Positions 1 to 11,132 of a stretch of 51,380 nt of DNA are shown piece by piece. This stretch comes from Asterionella formosa (lineage: Eukaryota): NCBI GenBank assembly GCA_002256025.1, contig NKIB01013792.1, forward strand, positions 1-51,380. Reading direction: 5' to 3'. The position numbers and the translations under genes are program-made. A model generated the notes under the pieces. That model saw only the letters and a program-made list of their open reading frames with translations, did not search any database and was not told the origin of the DNA. How positions within the stretch are numbered: position 1 is the stretch's first letter; the number at the start of each line of letters is the position of its first letter.

Positions 1-38
1 AGACAAAGGAGTTCCAAACAGGGGGAGGTATCATCGGC

Positions 39-1091
39 ATGCATCCAGCGCTTGGGCAAGTCGCCGGGGCTGCTCCAAGCAATCCATCCGGATCATTCAA
101 TGCAGCACTAGCACCCGCCAAGGAAGAAAATCCCCTCCGCGGAGATGAGCATCGCGCCATTCACCGCAACATGGCGGCGCAGCAGCAAGTCCTGTCAGTC
201 AATCCCATGCTTGCTCCCAACGTTATTCCCTACCTTGATGGTGCCAGTCTCACTCATAACCTTATACCATCGCACTTGCAAGAGGCCGCCACTGCGGCGT
301 CCTTGAACGGCACTCCAGGACATCCATCCGCGTTAATCATCTCGCCTGTTATTGGTGGGATCCCGTTCACTGTCCAAGACCGCCCGCTTGTGCCCCCAGT
401 GTACAATGGCGTCAATCCGAACTATCCAGGACTTCGTCTACTATATGCTAATCCTCCGATTTTTGCGGTTGACAACTTTTTGACTCCTTTTGAATGCATG
501 TTTTTGGTCAATGCCGCCAACGATGCTTTTGGGCCAGCTCCTGTGGTGGGCAAGGGAGCTGGAGAAGTGTCTCCGTCACGAACTTCTTCGACGTGTTATT
601 TGGCAAGGGAAGATCTTCCGGATTACATGAGGAAGGTGTCGATCTTGACTGGCAAACCTGTAGAGCACTGCGAACTTCCGCAAGTCGGACGCTACTTTCC
701 CACGCAACAATATTTGCAGCATTTTGATGCATTTGACTTGTCCAATGAAGACGGAAGGCGGTTCGCTGCCAATGGCGGACAGCGCACTGTTACTGTGCTA
801 GTGTATCTCAATGATGTTATACAAGGAGGTTCCACGGCGTTTCCGGCCTTGGGGTTAAGTGTTCAACCCCGGCAGGGAACTGCTCTTGTCTTTTTCCCAG
901 CTACTGTAGATGGGTTTTTGGACAAGATGGCCTTGCATGCGGCATTGCCAGCGATTGATACTAAGTATGTAAGCCAAGTTTGGATTCGACAGGGAGAATA
1001 CACTGGATATCCCAGTAAGCGTCTTTTGCAAACTCTGGGTGAACCTTTTGAACAATCGCATGACATGAACGGTGTAACTCCGATTCATTGA
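39..1091 (+). CDS. Prolyl 4-hydroxylase-like 2OG-Fe(II) oxygenase (N-terminus may extend beyond the window edge)
   Basis: Motifs IFAVDNFLT..EC, RTSS, QVGRY, HFD (HxD), GGQR..T.LVYLND...GG.T.FP, distal H in LHAALP and KYVSQVWIRQ. The frame is also open from position 3 to 38. Confidence 0.9.
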   Translation: MHPALGQVAGAAPSNPSGSFNAALAPAKEENPLRGDEHRAIHRNMAAQQQVLSVNPMLAPNVIPYLDGASLTHNLIPSHLQEAATAASLNGTPGHPSALIISPVIGGIPFTVQDRPLVPPVYNGVNPNYPGLRLLYANPPIFAVDNFLTPFECMFLVNAANDAFGPAPVVGKGAGEVSPSRTSSTCYLAREDLPDYMRKVSILTGKPVEHCELPQVGRYFPTQQYLQHFDAFDLSNEDGRRFAANGGQRTVTVLVYLNDVIQGGSTAFPALGLSVQPRQGTALVFFPATVDGFLDKMALHAALPAIDTKYVSQVWIRQGEYTGYPSKRLLQTLGEPFEQSHDMNGVTPIH

Positions 1092-1419
1092 CTTTGACCA
1101 CGGAATTTTACAAACTGATAGTTATACAGTTTCGTGTGCAGCTTTTTTTAATAATATGCCCTCCCTCCCCCATTTGGTTTATTCCAAGGGGTTCAAACGT
1201 GGATGGACAGTGGCAAGGCAGATCTTTCAAGTGCTGAACTTCTACCTTGAGATGGAATATATTCTATTGGTAAAAGAGAGTGAGCGTCGGGCAATACATT
1301 GAGTTAAACTTCAATTGAAATAGCATCACCAGAATAACGCTTATTAGATTACTATGTAAATGTGTGCCTATCAACAGCATGTCATGTTGTGATGTAACGC
1401 CAATTATGTGACAGTAGAT

Positions 1420-2859
1420 TTAGAATGTAATACTTGCGCCACCGACATGATTTAATGTTGCATCGGTTCTCGAGACTGGTGCGGCAGAGGTTCGATGCTG
1501 ATAGCCAGACGACCAAGCATCATTTATTGTGGGTGCCGCTCTCGATTTTTCGCCGCCACTTCGAGAAGCACCGGTACCCTTCTTCTTGAAATTTCTTTTG
1601 CCTCCGCCTTTCTTCTTTACATATTTGCGTTTGGCGAAGGTGCTCGTCTTCTTGGTGGTTGTGCTTGTTTTCCTAGTCTTGCGAGCAGCTTTCTTCACCG
1701 GAGGTTGCACTAGGCTTGCTTGTTCCAACTGATAATTTCCAGTGCCCACTCCAGATCCACCGAACAAATCATTCCTCGGTCTCCAATTGGATGGAAGGGG
1801 TATGGCGTGAATATCTAGCTGTGGAGCACCGTGACGATACCATAACCCAGAAGTGGCCTGCACGGCACCAGCCATGGATGGGTCACGTCGTCGGCGTGTA
1901 GGTTCAGTCGCTAAAAGTGCAGCGGTGGCCTTGGACGGACGCTCTGTTGGCACTTTTGTAGGCCGTGATGTGTATGGATTCCGTGTTGCTGTGGATTGCC
2001 GTGATTCGCTGCAGGTTCCAACGCCGTATGGATTTTGCATCGTAGATGAACTACTCTTGCTTCCATGATTGCGGGCAACATCAATAACTTCTGGCGATGC
2101 CGGTCCAACAGTCAGTATGTTAGAGGAAGAGGGCTTCCGTTCTTCCTCTGTGGACCAACATTCAAGAACTTCATCTGTAGATTCCTGAGTTGACTGATGC
2201 ATAGAGGGAGTATGGATATCAATTGGATTATTTGTAGTAGCAAAATTCCTGGCGACGGCATTGAAGCGTGGACTCTTGGCAGGAGTTCGAAGTCCTGGAT
2301 AGATTGCATCGTTGTTTTGAACTGAGTTATTTGTATGTGTTCGTTCTTTCTTAGTAAATCGAATTACCAGTTCATCATCCGAGGGTTCGCTGTCGTCAAT
2401 ACTGCCGTGATTTGTACGTCGAAGAGCTGGGGGCAGTTTGCTGACTATGCAATGTGAATATGCTACAGAAGACTCGCTTTCTGAACTACTGGAAGCTTCC
2501 GGAAGGAGGAAACCGGAATTCTTCTGGTCGTGAGGCTTACGATGTGCGATTGGGGGGCTTGTATTCTCCTTGTTGCTGGTTTCTTCATCGTTGCTGCTGT
2601 CAAGAAATACTGATCGTCCCTGTCGCTTCTTGATGGAAGACTTCGGTATGTGAAGCAGTACGCTGTCATCGTCGTCTTCGGTTGAATGAGAGTTGAGATC
2701 AAAAGGATATGACTGCTTGCCCTGTTGTGCAGCGATAGCTGGAAGTTGTTTCTGGTGAAACAAAGCGGTTGCCTCATCACATTCTGGGCTGAACCGATAG
2801 TGACGGAGAATGGAGGTAAACGGCCCTTTTCCGCAAATGGAACAACGAATATTGTACAT
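1420..2859 (-). CDS. Uncharacterised low-complexity protein with N-terminal C2HC-type zinc-finger-like motif and Lys-rich C-terminus
   Basis: Long ORF (1420-2943) with probable start at ATG 2859 (MYNIRCSICGKGPFTSILRHYRFSPEC). Ser/acidic disordered middle and NLS-like K/R-rich tail. Divergent from RPA1. Confidence 0.6.
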   Translation of the reverse strand: MYNIRCSICGKGPFTSILRHYRFSPECDEATALFHQKQLPAIAAQQGKQSYPFDLNSHSTEDDDDSVLLHIPKSSIKKRQGRSVFLDSSNDEETSNKENTSPPIAHRKPHDQKNSGFLLPEASSSSESESSVAYSHCIVSKLPPALRRTNHGSIDDSEPSDDELVIRFTKKERTHTNNSVQNNDAIYPGLRTPAKSPRFNAVARNFATTNNPIDIHTPSMHQSTQESTDEVLECWSTEEERKPSSSNILTVGPASPEVIDVARNHGSKSSSSTMQNPYGVGTCSESRQSTATRNPYTSRPTKVPTERPSKATAALLATEPTRRRRDPSMAGAVQATSGLWYRHGAPQLDIHAIPLPSNWRPRNDLFGGSGVGTGNYQLEQASLVQPPVKKAARKTRKTSTTTKKTSTFAKRKYVKKKGGGKRNFKKKGTGASRSGGEKSRAAPTINDAWSSGYQHRTSAAPVSRTDATLNHVGGASITF

Positions 2860-3774
2860 ATGATGAAACCAAGAGGAAGAGAATTGAGAAATGCAAATGA
2901 TGGAATAGCTAATGAGGTCGACACAGTCGATGGTAAGCAACATGCCATACCGGCATACAAGTTCAAATGGATAATCGGTTACGGCACATCAGTTTGCTTT
3001 TGTTTCAGACTTCTAAAATAAAGAATAAAATACCGCTAAAATAACGGGGCTATAACTGCATAATTTTTTTTGCTGTATACTACTGGCATGTACAGTTGTT
3101 TGGTGAGATGCATTCCGGTATATTGGTACCGGAATATATTATATACCTTTGCTACATTCAAGAAATTACCAGAATGCACCAGCTTGAACGAGGAAAGAAA
3201 AGGGCGCGGATGACTCGCTCTTCATCAATTCAAACACAGCCAAGGCAAAGATATGCCGGTACTACTGGTATCTGGTACCTGGTACCTGGTACCAGTATCA
3301 GGTACCGGTCGGCAGAAGGGTGTGTGCGCTGGCTGAGAAAGCTTTTGCAAAGATAAATGCTGAGGAGGATGCTGCCAAGGCACCATGATGAGTGACGACG
3401 AAAAATGGCGCGCCATTCCTCGTATTCCAAAATCTGTAGATTCCACGCAGCTCATAGTCTGTCTTGTTGGCTGCAAGTCTCGCTGTCACCATGCCTGAAA
3501 CATATTCCTAACCACATGTAGCGGTATTTATACGATTTTGTGACAGCAATACATTGTTAAATTACTAAGCTTAAGCTTACTCCTCCATCGCATTTCTAGT
3601 GGCAAGCGTTGCAGCAATAACCCAAACTCGTTGGCCAAATTCCTCCAAGGGAAGAAATGTAAGAATGGATGAAAAGCTTCGGGAAAGCCCCAAGAGACAA
3701 ACTATCCGAACTTGTCCGGTTCAACAATGCAAGCGCGTGGTGTTCTAACCCTCCACTGTCCTCCCACAGCTAAC

Positions 3775-5723
3775 ATGTCTCTTTCGCATGCCGGTACCTC
3801 TATCATGAGAGCGATGGAAAACGGATCATCCGATAATCCTGCCTTTAGGCCCATTATGCAAATCATTAACATCAAGCCTGTTGGCGGCCAGGATCGCTTT
3901 AGGGTGAGTGCACTTCGTGTTTGAGTTCTCCTGCGTTTTCAGGCGAAGTCTATCGCACCCAATATAGACTACCTACGCCGTCGTCCTAATTACATCGTTA
4001 ATACTAATAACAGGTCGTCTTATCTGACGGTGAACATTACATCCAAGGGATGCTGGGTACTCAATTGAATCACATGTGCAGGGACAATACCATTGTTGAA
4101 AATTCGTTGGTGCAAGTCAAGGATTTCATGGTCAATAAGGTGCAAAACCGTACTGTCATCATCGTCCTCGGCCTCGATATGGTTCCTGGAGGTGCCAGAA
4201 ACCGTATTGGGAACCCCATTGACATTGAAAAAGCCCCTCTCCTGGCACCTGTCCACTCCGTCTCCACTACCCAGCCAATGTACAACCGCACCAATCAGAC
4301 ACCGTCCAATTCCAATCCCTATGGAGCCACTGTCAAAGCAGAACCTATGGGTGCAATTGTTCGTTCCTCGGGGGCAACACCAATTACCGCCGTGTCGGCA
4401 CTCAATATGTACCAGAACCGATGGACTATCAAATGCCGTGTCACGACCAAATCCGACATTCGCACCTGGTCCAACGCAAAGGGCGAAGGAACTCTCTTTA
4501 GTTGTGAGCTATTGTGCAGTTCTGGTTGCGATGTCAAGGCAACATTCTTCAAGGAAGCTGTGGACAAGTTTTACAACATGTTGGAGGTCAATCAAATTTA
4601 CACCTTTTCGGGGGGGCGTCTCAAAGTGGCAAACCCCAAGTGGAATCCTTGCAAATCCACTTATGAAATTACATTTGATCAGAATTCTGAGATTCATAAG
4701 GACAATGATGATGGTCAGATTCAGCAGCAAATCTTTGATTTTGTCAAGATCGCTGACATTGCTCAAGTTCCCGAGAACACATCGATTGACTTGCTCTGTG
4801 TCGTCAAGCAAGTCGGCGAAGTCGTCACCCTGCAGTCCAAGAAAACAGGAAAGGACTTGATCAAGTGTGATTTGACCTGTGTTGACGACAGTGGTATGGA
4901 GATTAACGTTACGAGCTGGGGCGACCAAGCCACCAGGGCACCGGCAGAGTTTGCCAACCAACCCGTGGTGGCGTTTCGTCGAGCGCGGGTGAGTGATTAC
5001 GGAGGGAAGTCACTGTCGACGACACAGGGTGGCGTTTCGTTGGTCAATCCCAACATTCCAGAAGCAGCGAGCCTTAAAACGTGGTGGATCCATGGAGGGG
5101 AGACTGCTGCCTCTCGGTCCTTGTCTACGGCGACCGGAGGAGCCGGCAAGATGGCTACATTTGGCGAGCGCAAGAATATTAAGGCGATCAAGGCAGAGTC
5201 CATGGGATACAATGATTCGCCAGACTGGATAGCGTTTAAGGGAACGCTTACTTTTATCAAAAAGGATAAGGAGGGGGGCGCATGGTATACGGCGTGTGCA
5301 AACACGGGCGAACCTTGCAAGAATCGCTTCAAGGTGACTCAAACAACCGATAATAACTGGTACTGTGACAAATGCCAGGGCACATTCCAAACCTGTGTTC
5401 GCAGATGGATCTTTTCGGGAACTGTGACTGACGATACAAGCACGACTTGGGTATCTTTCTTCAACGAACAAGCCGAAACTCTGTTTGGTGGCGTTACCGC
5501 TGACGAGGTCTTTGAAAAGACTATGGCTAGTGGTGAGACGGACCAGGACGCCTATGATAGTTACTTCGCCAAGGCAAGTCATACAGATTGGATCTTCAAG
5601 TGCAAGGTCAAGCAAGAGATGGTTGGTGACGAGTCTCGTGTCAAGACGAGCGTCTATACATTGCACGCGGTGGATTATGCCAAGGAAAGTCTCGACCTTT
5701 TGGAGGCTCTCAAGGTGTTCTAG
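3775..5723 (+). CDS. RPA1: Replication protein A 70 kDa subunit; exons 3775-3903 and 4014-5723
   Basis: A GTGAGT...CAG intron (3904-4013) joins DRFR|VVLSDGEHYIQGMLGTQLN (RPA70N). OB-fold motif WTIKCRVTTKSDIRTWSNAKGEGTLFS and C-terminal C4 zinc finger WYTAC..C....WYCDKC. Confidence 0.96.
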
Positions 5724-6005
5724 AGTGATGTCTAGCTAGAGAACTTGTAGTGCGAGAAATTTGCGGGGTAAAACCATCGATGGATACCGGCATGCCTGTT
5801 TAGGCGCAATGCCGACTATCAGTCGAGGCATGGGTCAGAAAATCATCACGATGAATACAAGGTTACACCTCTTTTGCTGCCATAGAATCACCCATTAAAA
5901 TATGTGAAGTAGCTGGTTTTATAGTGACTGGATTAGCACAGGCTACTACTCCTATAGTCATTTGTGTATGTTCTTATAAGTGGAGCACTTTTGATCTCAG
6001 CATGG

Positions 6006-6111
6006 ATAAAATGTTGCTCAATTAGTTCCTACAGTATATATGGATACAAACCTCATAAAATGTTGCTCAAATAGTACTATACCGGTAGTATATACATGGA
6101 TACAAACCTTA
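6006..6111. repeat. Imperfect tandem duplication (about 49 and 57 bp)
   Basis: ATAAAATGTTGCTCAA...TGGATACAAACCT occurs twice (6006-6054 and 6055-6111). The second copy has an extra CCGGTA. Confidence 0.85.
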
Positions 6112-6736
6112 TGAAGATGCATAGGGATAATAAAACGGAGGAGTACTTCGTATAGTCTACAGTCTACAACAGTATAGGTTCTGTGTATTGAATACCGGTA
6201 TAACAGAAGGAATCATTTCATGTACTATTTTGCAAAACAAAAACGGAAAAATGGCGATTGTTACGAAAATTATTGCGATTTGTTTCACATGTATGCAAAT
6301 AGTTATAGTCTATTCATGTCTATTTATAGTCCTATTGATGACGTCCTAGAGTCACTTCGATTCCCGTGTACAAAACTATTTATTTAGCTTACATTATTGA
6401 AACAGCGACGTCACTTCGTTGGCCAACCCAGTCACACCGAAGCAGCTACGTTTGATACTATATCGACTTATTTTGTGATTATATGTGTACAGATGACTAT
6501 TTGATACACATACTATCGCTATACAATATCATTGACCATGTGGGACTGTATCTAGATGATTCACGTGATCGCTATTCAACATGTATTGTGTTCAATAACA
6601 AAAGTTGAATCCAATACGTAATAGTCTCACATTTCCCAAACTTGTAAACTGCATCTCTGTTCTTGACTATCTGGATCATACCACTGATTCATTATACTTT
6701 AAATCACCAGTTGCAGTATATTTCTTAAGAAGCACA

Positions 6737-7921
6737 ATGAAATTAACATTGTTGACCTCGGCTATGCTTGTCTGTCAATCCCTCGCTTGGGAAATGGACC
6801 CACGCTGCGACGAGTTTGTACGACATTTGCAATATGGAGATGGTGAAACTGACATTTCAGAAGACGAGCTCACCGATTATTCTCATGTTTTTAATCACAA
6901 TGATGCATCGGACAAACAACATGTCACTCAGAACTTGCGAGGAAAGACTGTAAATCAAGAACGAAAGCTTCGTGCTTCTTTCCAGTTGAAAATGTTCTGG
7001 AGAGAAGGAATCTGCTGGCAAGCGGAATGGACTGAACGTAAGTGGTGTATGTCTTGCGAGGGCGACACATGTGGAGCTGGAGAACAGTTGTGGATTGAAT
7101 TTTGTGATTCCAGCAAGGCTGTCCAAAAATTCGATTTCATACCAGTCAACGGCACTACGGTTGGTAAGATCAAGACCGTCAGTGCAGATCTTTGCTTGGA
7201 GCGTATCAACGACGAGGAGATCAGGCTCAATAGCTGCGCAAGTGTAAGTGACAAGCAATCCTTTACTGCTTTTCAACGGGGCGACATCTTCGAGCTCAGT
7301 CCATTGGGACACAGACACCAGTGCCTCGTGAACAAGGAACACCATCCGAAACAAAGAGAAGTCATTTACGTGACCTCTTGTAAAATAGCCCGGACCTATC
7401 GAACCAGTGCCTGGGTGGCTTTCCTTGGAGACGATACATCCAACCCTGGTACTGCCTCTGAATTGACAAACTTGAAACTGCGTTCTGGTTCTGTGTGCAG
7501 CAGCAACCAGCCTTGCGACATTTGCGAAGGTGAATGTCAAAATGATATGGACTGCCAGGGGGAAGCACAGTGTCTCCAGCGTAGTGGAAGCGAACACGTG
7601 CCTGGTTGCTTCGGTCATGGGACTGACGGCAAAAACTACTGTCATAAACCTTCCTCCGATGTCACCGTCGCAGCCACAACTCCTCCTCCGGCTGTCACTA
7701 GCGGGACCATCACTGTCCACCCTAATGACTTTGTTGGGGCCTTAACTGTCCCATCGCAAGGATGCACTCCAGAAATTCCTTGCAGCATGTGTGAGGGAGA
7801 TTGCGATACCGATGATGACTGTGCTGGAGACCTGGTGTGCATTCAGAAGGACGGAGAAGGCACTGTCGACGGGTGTACAGGGATTTCTTATTCAAGGACA
7901 GACTTCTGCGGCGCCAAATGA
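6737..7921 (+). CDS. Secreted protein with ricin-B/beta-trefoil-like domain and two frustulin-type acidic Cys-rich (ACR) domains
   Basis: Signal peptide MKLTLLTSAMLVCQSLA and RxL/LRG propeptide-like sites. Two ACR units: CEGECQNDMDC...CLQR...VPGC.G...NYC and CEGDCDTDDDC.GDLVCIQ...GC.G...DFC. CEGDCD is the frustulin consensus. Confidence 0.8.
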   Translation: MKLTLLTSAMLVCQSLAWEMDPRCDEFVRHLQYGDGETDISEDELTDYSHVFNHNDASDKQHVTQNLRGKTVNQERKLRASFQLKMFWREGICWQAEWTERKWCMSCEGDTCGAGEQLWIEFCDSSKAVQKFDFIPVNGTTVGKIKTVSADLCLERINDEEIRLNSCASVSDKQSFTAFQRGDIFELSPLGHRHQCLVNKEHHPKQREVIYVTSCKIARTYRTSAWVAFLGDDTSNPGTASELTNLKLRSGSVCSSNQPCDICEGECQNDMDCQGEAQCLQRSGSEHVPGCFGHGTDGKNYCHKPSSDVTVAATTPPPAVTSGTITVHPNDFVGALTVPSQGCTPEIPCSMCEGDCDTDDDCAGDLVCIQKDGEGTVDGCTGISYSRTDFCGAK

Positions 7922-8344
7922 AAGAAATACATGGCGTATAATATATTTTAGTGCATATTTTCATATTTCCAAGGTGTATCCATAGGAAGATACTGGATTG
8001 AATCGATTTAAAAGCAATGCCGGCTGGAGGAGGCCTATGTAAACTTGTCGTATCAACTGCAACTACCGCAGCTGAATTAGAGCAAAAAATTGGGGAAACT
8101 TCACCCAAAATTGTAGGGAACGGCAAATACACATGTATTTGTTCTGAATCTGAATTAGGCAAAAGGGGACCAGTAAATTTTGCGTACATTGGAATTAATA
8201 CATTGACGGTGTAACAACTCAGTCGTGGAGGTGGAAAGTCTTGAGAATATCTTCCGCTTGACATGGCATACTAAATGGTTTGGATTGCTTGACTGGCCCA
8301 GCTGCATACAACTGCTTCTCATACAAAAACAAGAGCAATATGTT

Positions 8345-10561
8345 TCATTTTTGTGCTAGGTAAAGCTCAATAGCCGCCATTGCGTCAGTTGGTAGTGAAT
8401 AATGCGCATCATTCGACTTAGATGACCTTTTCTTTGGTGGCCGCTGCTGTGCAGGTGAAGCCTTCCTTTTCATCTTCACCTTGGCTAGTGATGAAGCCCT
8501 TGTCTTGGTAGGCACGCTATTGTGCATGAGTACATGTTTTTCCAACGCTTCGTGCGACCGCAGTACCTTCAGGCATCCACAAAAATGGCACGTTCGATAC
8601 TTGAACCCCGTAGTGGAACTACGCTGAAACCTCAATTCCCTTTGAGCTTGAAATTTCAACCGAAACAAAGTCTTCCAGGATCCAGCCACTGTAACGGCGC
8701 TTGCAATTTGTGCATCCGTTCCAAGTAGAGTATATCTCGCACGATAAGCATTCTCCCATACAGTCTCGCCGTTAAGTAGTGCATTCCAGGTGCGACACGT
8801 TTTGCTGGCGGATGCAAGTGGCTTATAACTTAGATATGAAAAGACTACGAGGAGGACGTCATCATTGAGGTGCTCGTTAATGGGAATGGTGGATTCGTTA
8901 TCCATGGATAAACTTGCATCGTCCAAAAAACAAGAGAATAGGTTGGGTGCGACCACATGTGGTCCCATGCGTCGATGTGCTGCCCGTATAGACCATAGCT
9001 CCGAAAATGGCCAATGCTGTTTAGTTTTTTCTACAGTCGATCGACATTCGATCACGGGAAGTATCCCCATATCTTGTAGGTAATTCACATTTCGTTGATG
9101 CTCCGATAAACAAATATGCGTCGACTTCCAAAAGCTAGCAATGTCATAATCTCGCTTTAGCATTTCCATGCATCGTAAAAATTCGTCATAAGCGTCAATT
9201 GGACACTCCGCCAAGTGAAGTTTACAGGCCGAAATATTTCTGGCTGAAAGGATGGAGGCAAAGGCCCCGAGTAGAATCTTTGAATCTTCGCTAGGACTCT
9301 TTCTGGATTGTGCTTTCGTTTGAATATATTTCGCCATCGGAATTAACGCCTTCCAAAGATTAACTTGATTGTTGTAGTGCGATGACTCGATGAGTATTTC
9401 GGTCAAAGTTCGCAAGGCTATCAAGCAGTTTGAATTTAGAAATCGCTCCCACAAAAAATTTAGCGTGTAGTCATATCCCTTCTTACCTACCATATCTATC
9501 ATAAGTAATATGGCTAGTCGACTCGAAGGTGCAGCTGCATTCATGCAGCTCATGTCCAAGGCATTCCGTAGGATATGAATCGTTGCTCCCGGTACTACCA
9601 AGGAGTCCCGTTTTGTGGTGGAGTGGAAGCGTAGATTCGCAAAAATAGAAAGAATTTTTTGATATATCCTTGATCTCAATACGACAAGTCTAAATGGCAG
9701 TTGAGTCCATTGTCGTGCCTTGATCTGGACTTGTCGTGTGACCCAGAGGCAAGTGCAATGATCAGATGGTGTTGCAGCGACACGAGTTGTCGTCACACCC
9801 TCCTCGCACTCATGCATTTGCTCCAAGGTGGCATGCCGTTGTCGTCGACGTCGTGTTGTCTCATATACCACGCCATTTCCAGTCATGGGACGGTGGCAGT
9901 CCCAGCAAACGTCGTTGTTGGTTGAGTCGACTCCCTTGTCGATCAACGCTTGAATGTCTGATGTATCAATGCCTTGAAGCAATGTCAGCAAGCACTTGAT
10001 GACCATGGTTCCAAACCACAAATCATCTCTAGCCAAATGTCGCAGAATGGATACTACTCTGTCTAGTCGCTCAACTCCCGTGGTCTGAAGGAGGTGCTGT
10101 ATGTCGCGTTCGAGCGCAAATGTGGGCACCCGCCGGCGCAGTGTTTGAATGGCGGTGAGTAGCAACATTTCTGATTTCGTCCACGTCGACGAAAGGCCCA
10201 CGCGTACCAAAACTCGAAGCAGCGCAACGCAGAGGGTACCTGAATATGCCATGGGCATGACTGTTGGTTGGACAGCAATGGACATGAATTCTTGCAACGG
10301 CGACGAATAGGAACTGTCTCGCCTCGGACTATCATGGTGCTGTGCCAGCTGTACCCAGTTGACATGATCCGCCACCAGATTTTGACAGTCCATGTTATCT
10401 TCTACAGCCATGCGTAGAACCTTTGATAATGATTGTCGAAACGTGTCAATATCAGTGCTTTCAAAGGCAGCCACCGACGAAACAGATGGCAAGAGAGTTG
10501 TAACTTGCTTCAGACAAGGATTGTGTGGCGTGGATCGCCGTGCATGGAGAGGGGCATTCAT
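8345..10561 (-). CDS. F-box protein with C-terminal C2H2 zinc finger
   Basis: 738-aa ORF. F-box LNDDVLLVVFSYLSYKPLASASKTCRTWNALL..ETVW, then CHFCGCLKVLRSHEALEKHVLMH and a basic NLS-like tail. Confidence 0.8.
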   Translation of the reverse strand: MNAPLHARRSTPHNPCLKQVTTLLPSVSSVAAFESTDIDTFRQSLSKVLRMAVEDNMDCQNLVADHVNWVQLAQHHDSPRRDSSYSSPLQEFMSIAVQPTVMPMAYSGTLCVALLRVLVRVGLSSTWTKSEMLLLTAIQTLRRRVPTFALERDIQHLLQTTGVERLDRVVSILRHLARDDLWFGTMVIKCLLTLLQGIDTSDIQALIDKGVDSTNNDVCWDCHRPMTGNGVVYETTRRRRQRHATLEQMHECEEGVTTTRVAATPSDHCTCLWVTRQVQIKARQWTQLPFRLVVLRSRIYQKILSIFANLRFHSTTKRDSLVVPGATIHILRNALDMSCMNAAAPSSRLAILLMIDMVGKKGYDYTLNFLWERFLNSNCLIALRTLTEILIESSHYNNQVNLWKALIPMAKYIQTKAQSRKSPSEDSKILLGAFASILSARNISACKLHLAECPIDAYDEFLRCMEMLKRDYDIASFWKSTHICLSEHQRNVNYLQDMGILPVIECRSTVEKTKQHWPFSELWSIRAAHRRMGPHVVAPNLFSCFLDDASLSMDNESTIPINEHLNDDVLLVVFSYLSYKPLASASKTCRTWNALLNGETVWENAYRARYTLLGTDAQIASAVTVAGSWKTLFRLKFQAQRELRFQRSSTTGFKYRTCHFCGCLKVLRSHEALEKHVLMHNSVPTKTRASSLAKVKMKRKASPAQQRPPKKRSSKSNDAHYSLPTDAMAAIELYLAQK

Positions 10562-11132
10562 TGCTCAGAACCAGAGCAGCCAACACCGAGTGTCAGAGTT
10601 GGAGGACTGCTCAGAGGATAACAGCATTGTCGTTTACTTTATGCAAATGTATGTACAGTATACTTACTGCTGGGTATGGAAGGTCAATATGTATAAATAT
10701 TTCCCAGACTGCCACGGTATTCTTCTTTTTTAGCGGTACCTGGAACCTGTAATCATGTCGGCCGGGTGGTTGGTGGCCACCATCACGGCAGCCGCCGAAT
10801 GGTCCATTCGCACATTTTCCTTATAAAGATATATATATTTGTATATATATCCATTCTTTTAGTATCACAATGTTTTCGTACCGGTAATATTTTAGTCCAT
10901 TATCAAATTGCTCGGATCTCCCGATTTCCCAGCATGGCTGGGTATTAATTATTCTGAACTGAATTCTCGGATCAGAATGCTTTGGCTGCTCTTGCTTTCA
11001 TTTGAGTAACTATTACCTCTACAATTACAATTACGATTAGTCTATTCCTGAACCGCTCTTCTTGCTTGCTTCGCCATAGATATTAGATCCCATCCCAGTA
11101 ACTGGTAGTTATCTATCAACCGGTCGTTTACC

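Noticed and set aside
4093..5666. Long alternative-frame and antisense ORFs over RPA1 (similarly over the frustulin-like gene, C2CD5 and pol)
   Set aside because: These are shadow ORFs of real genes with no independent motifs.
6605..6736. N-terminal extensions given by the ORF track (also 19498-19617, 28237-28296 and 2860-2943)
   Set aside because: Downstream ATGs give a signal peptide or the conserved N-terminus, and most of the extensions begin at non-ATG codons.
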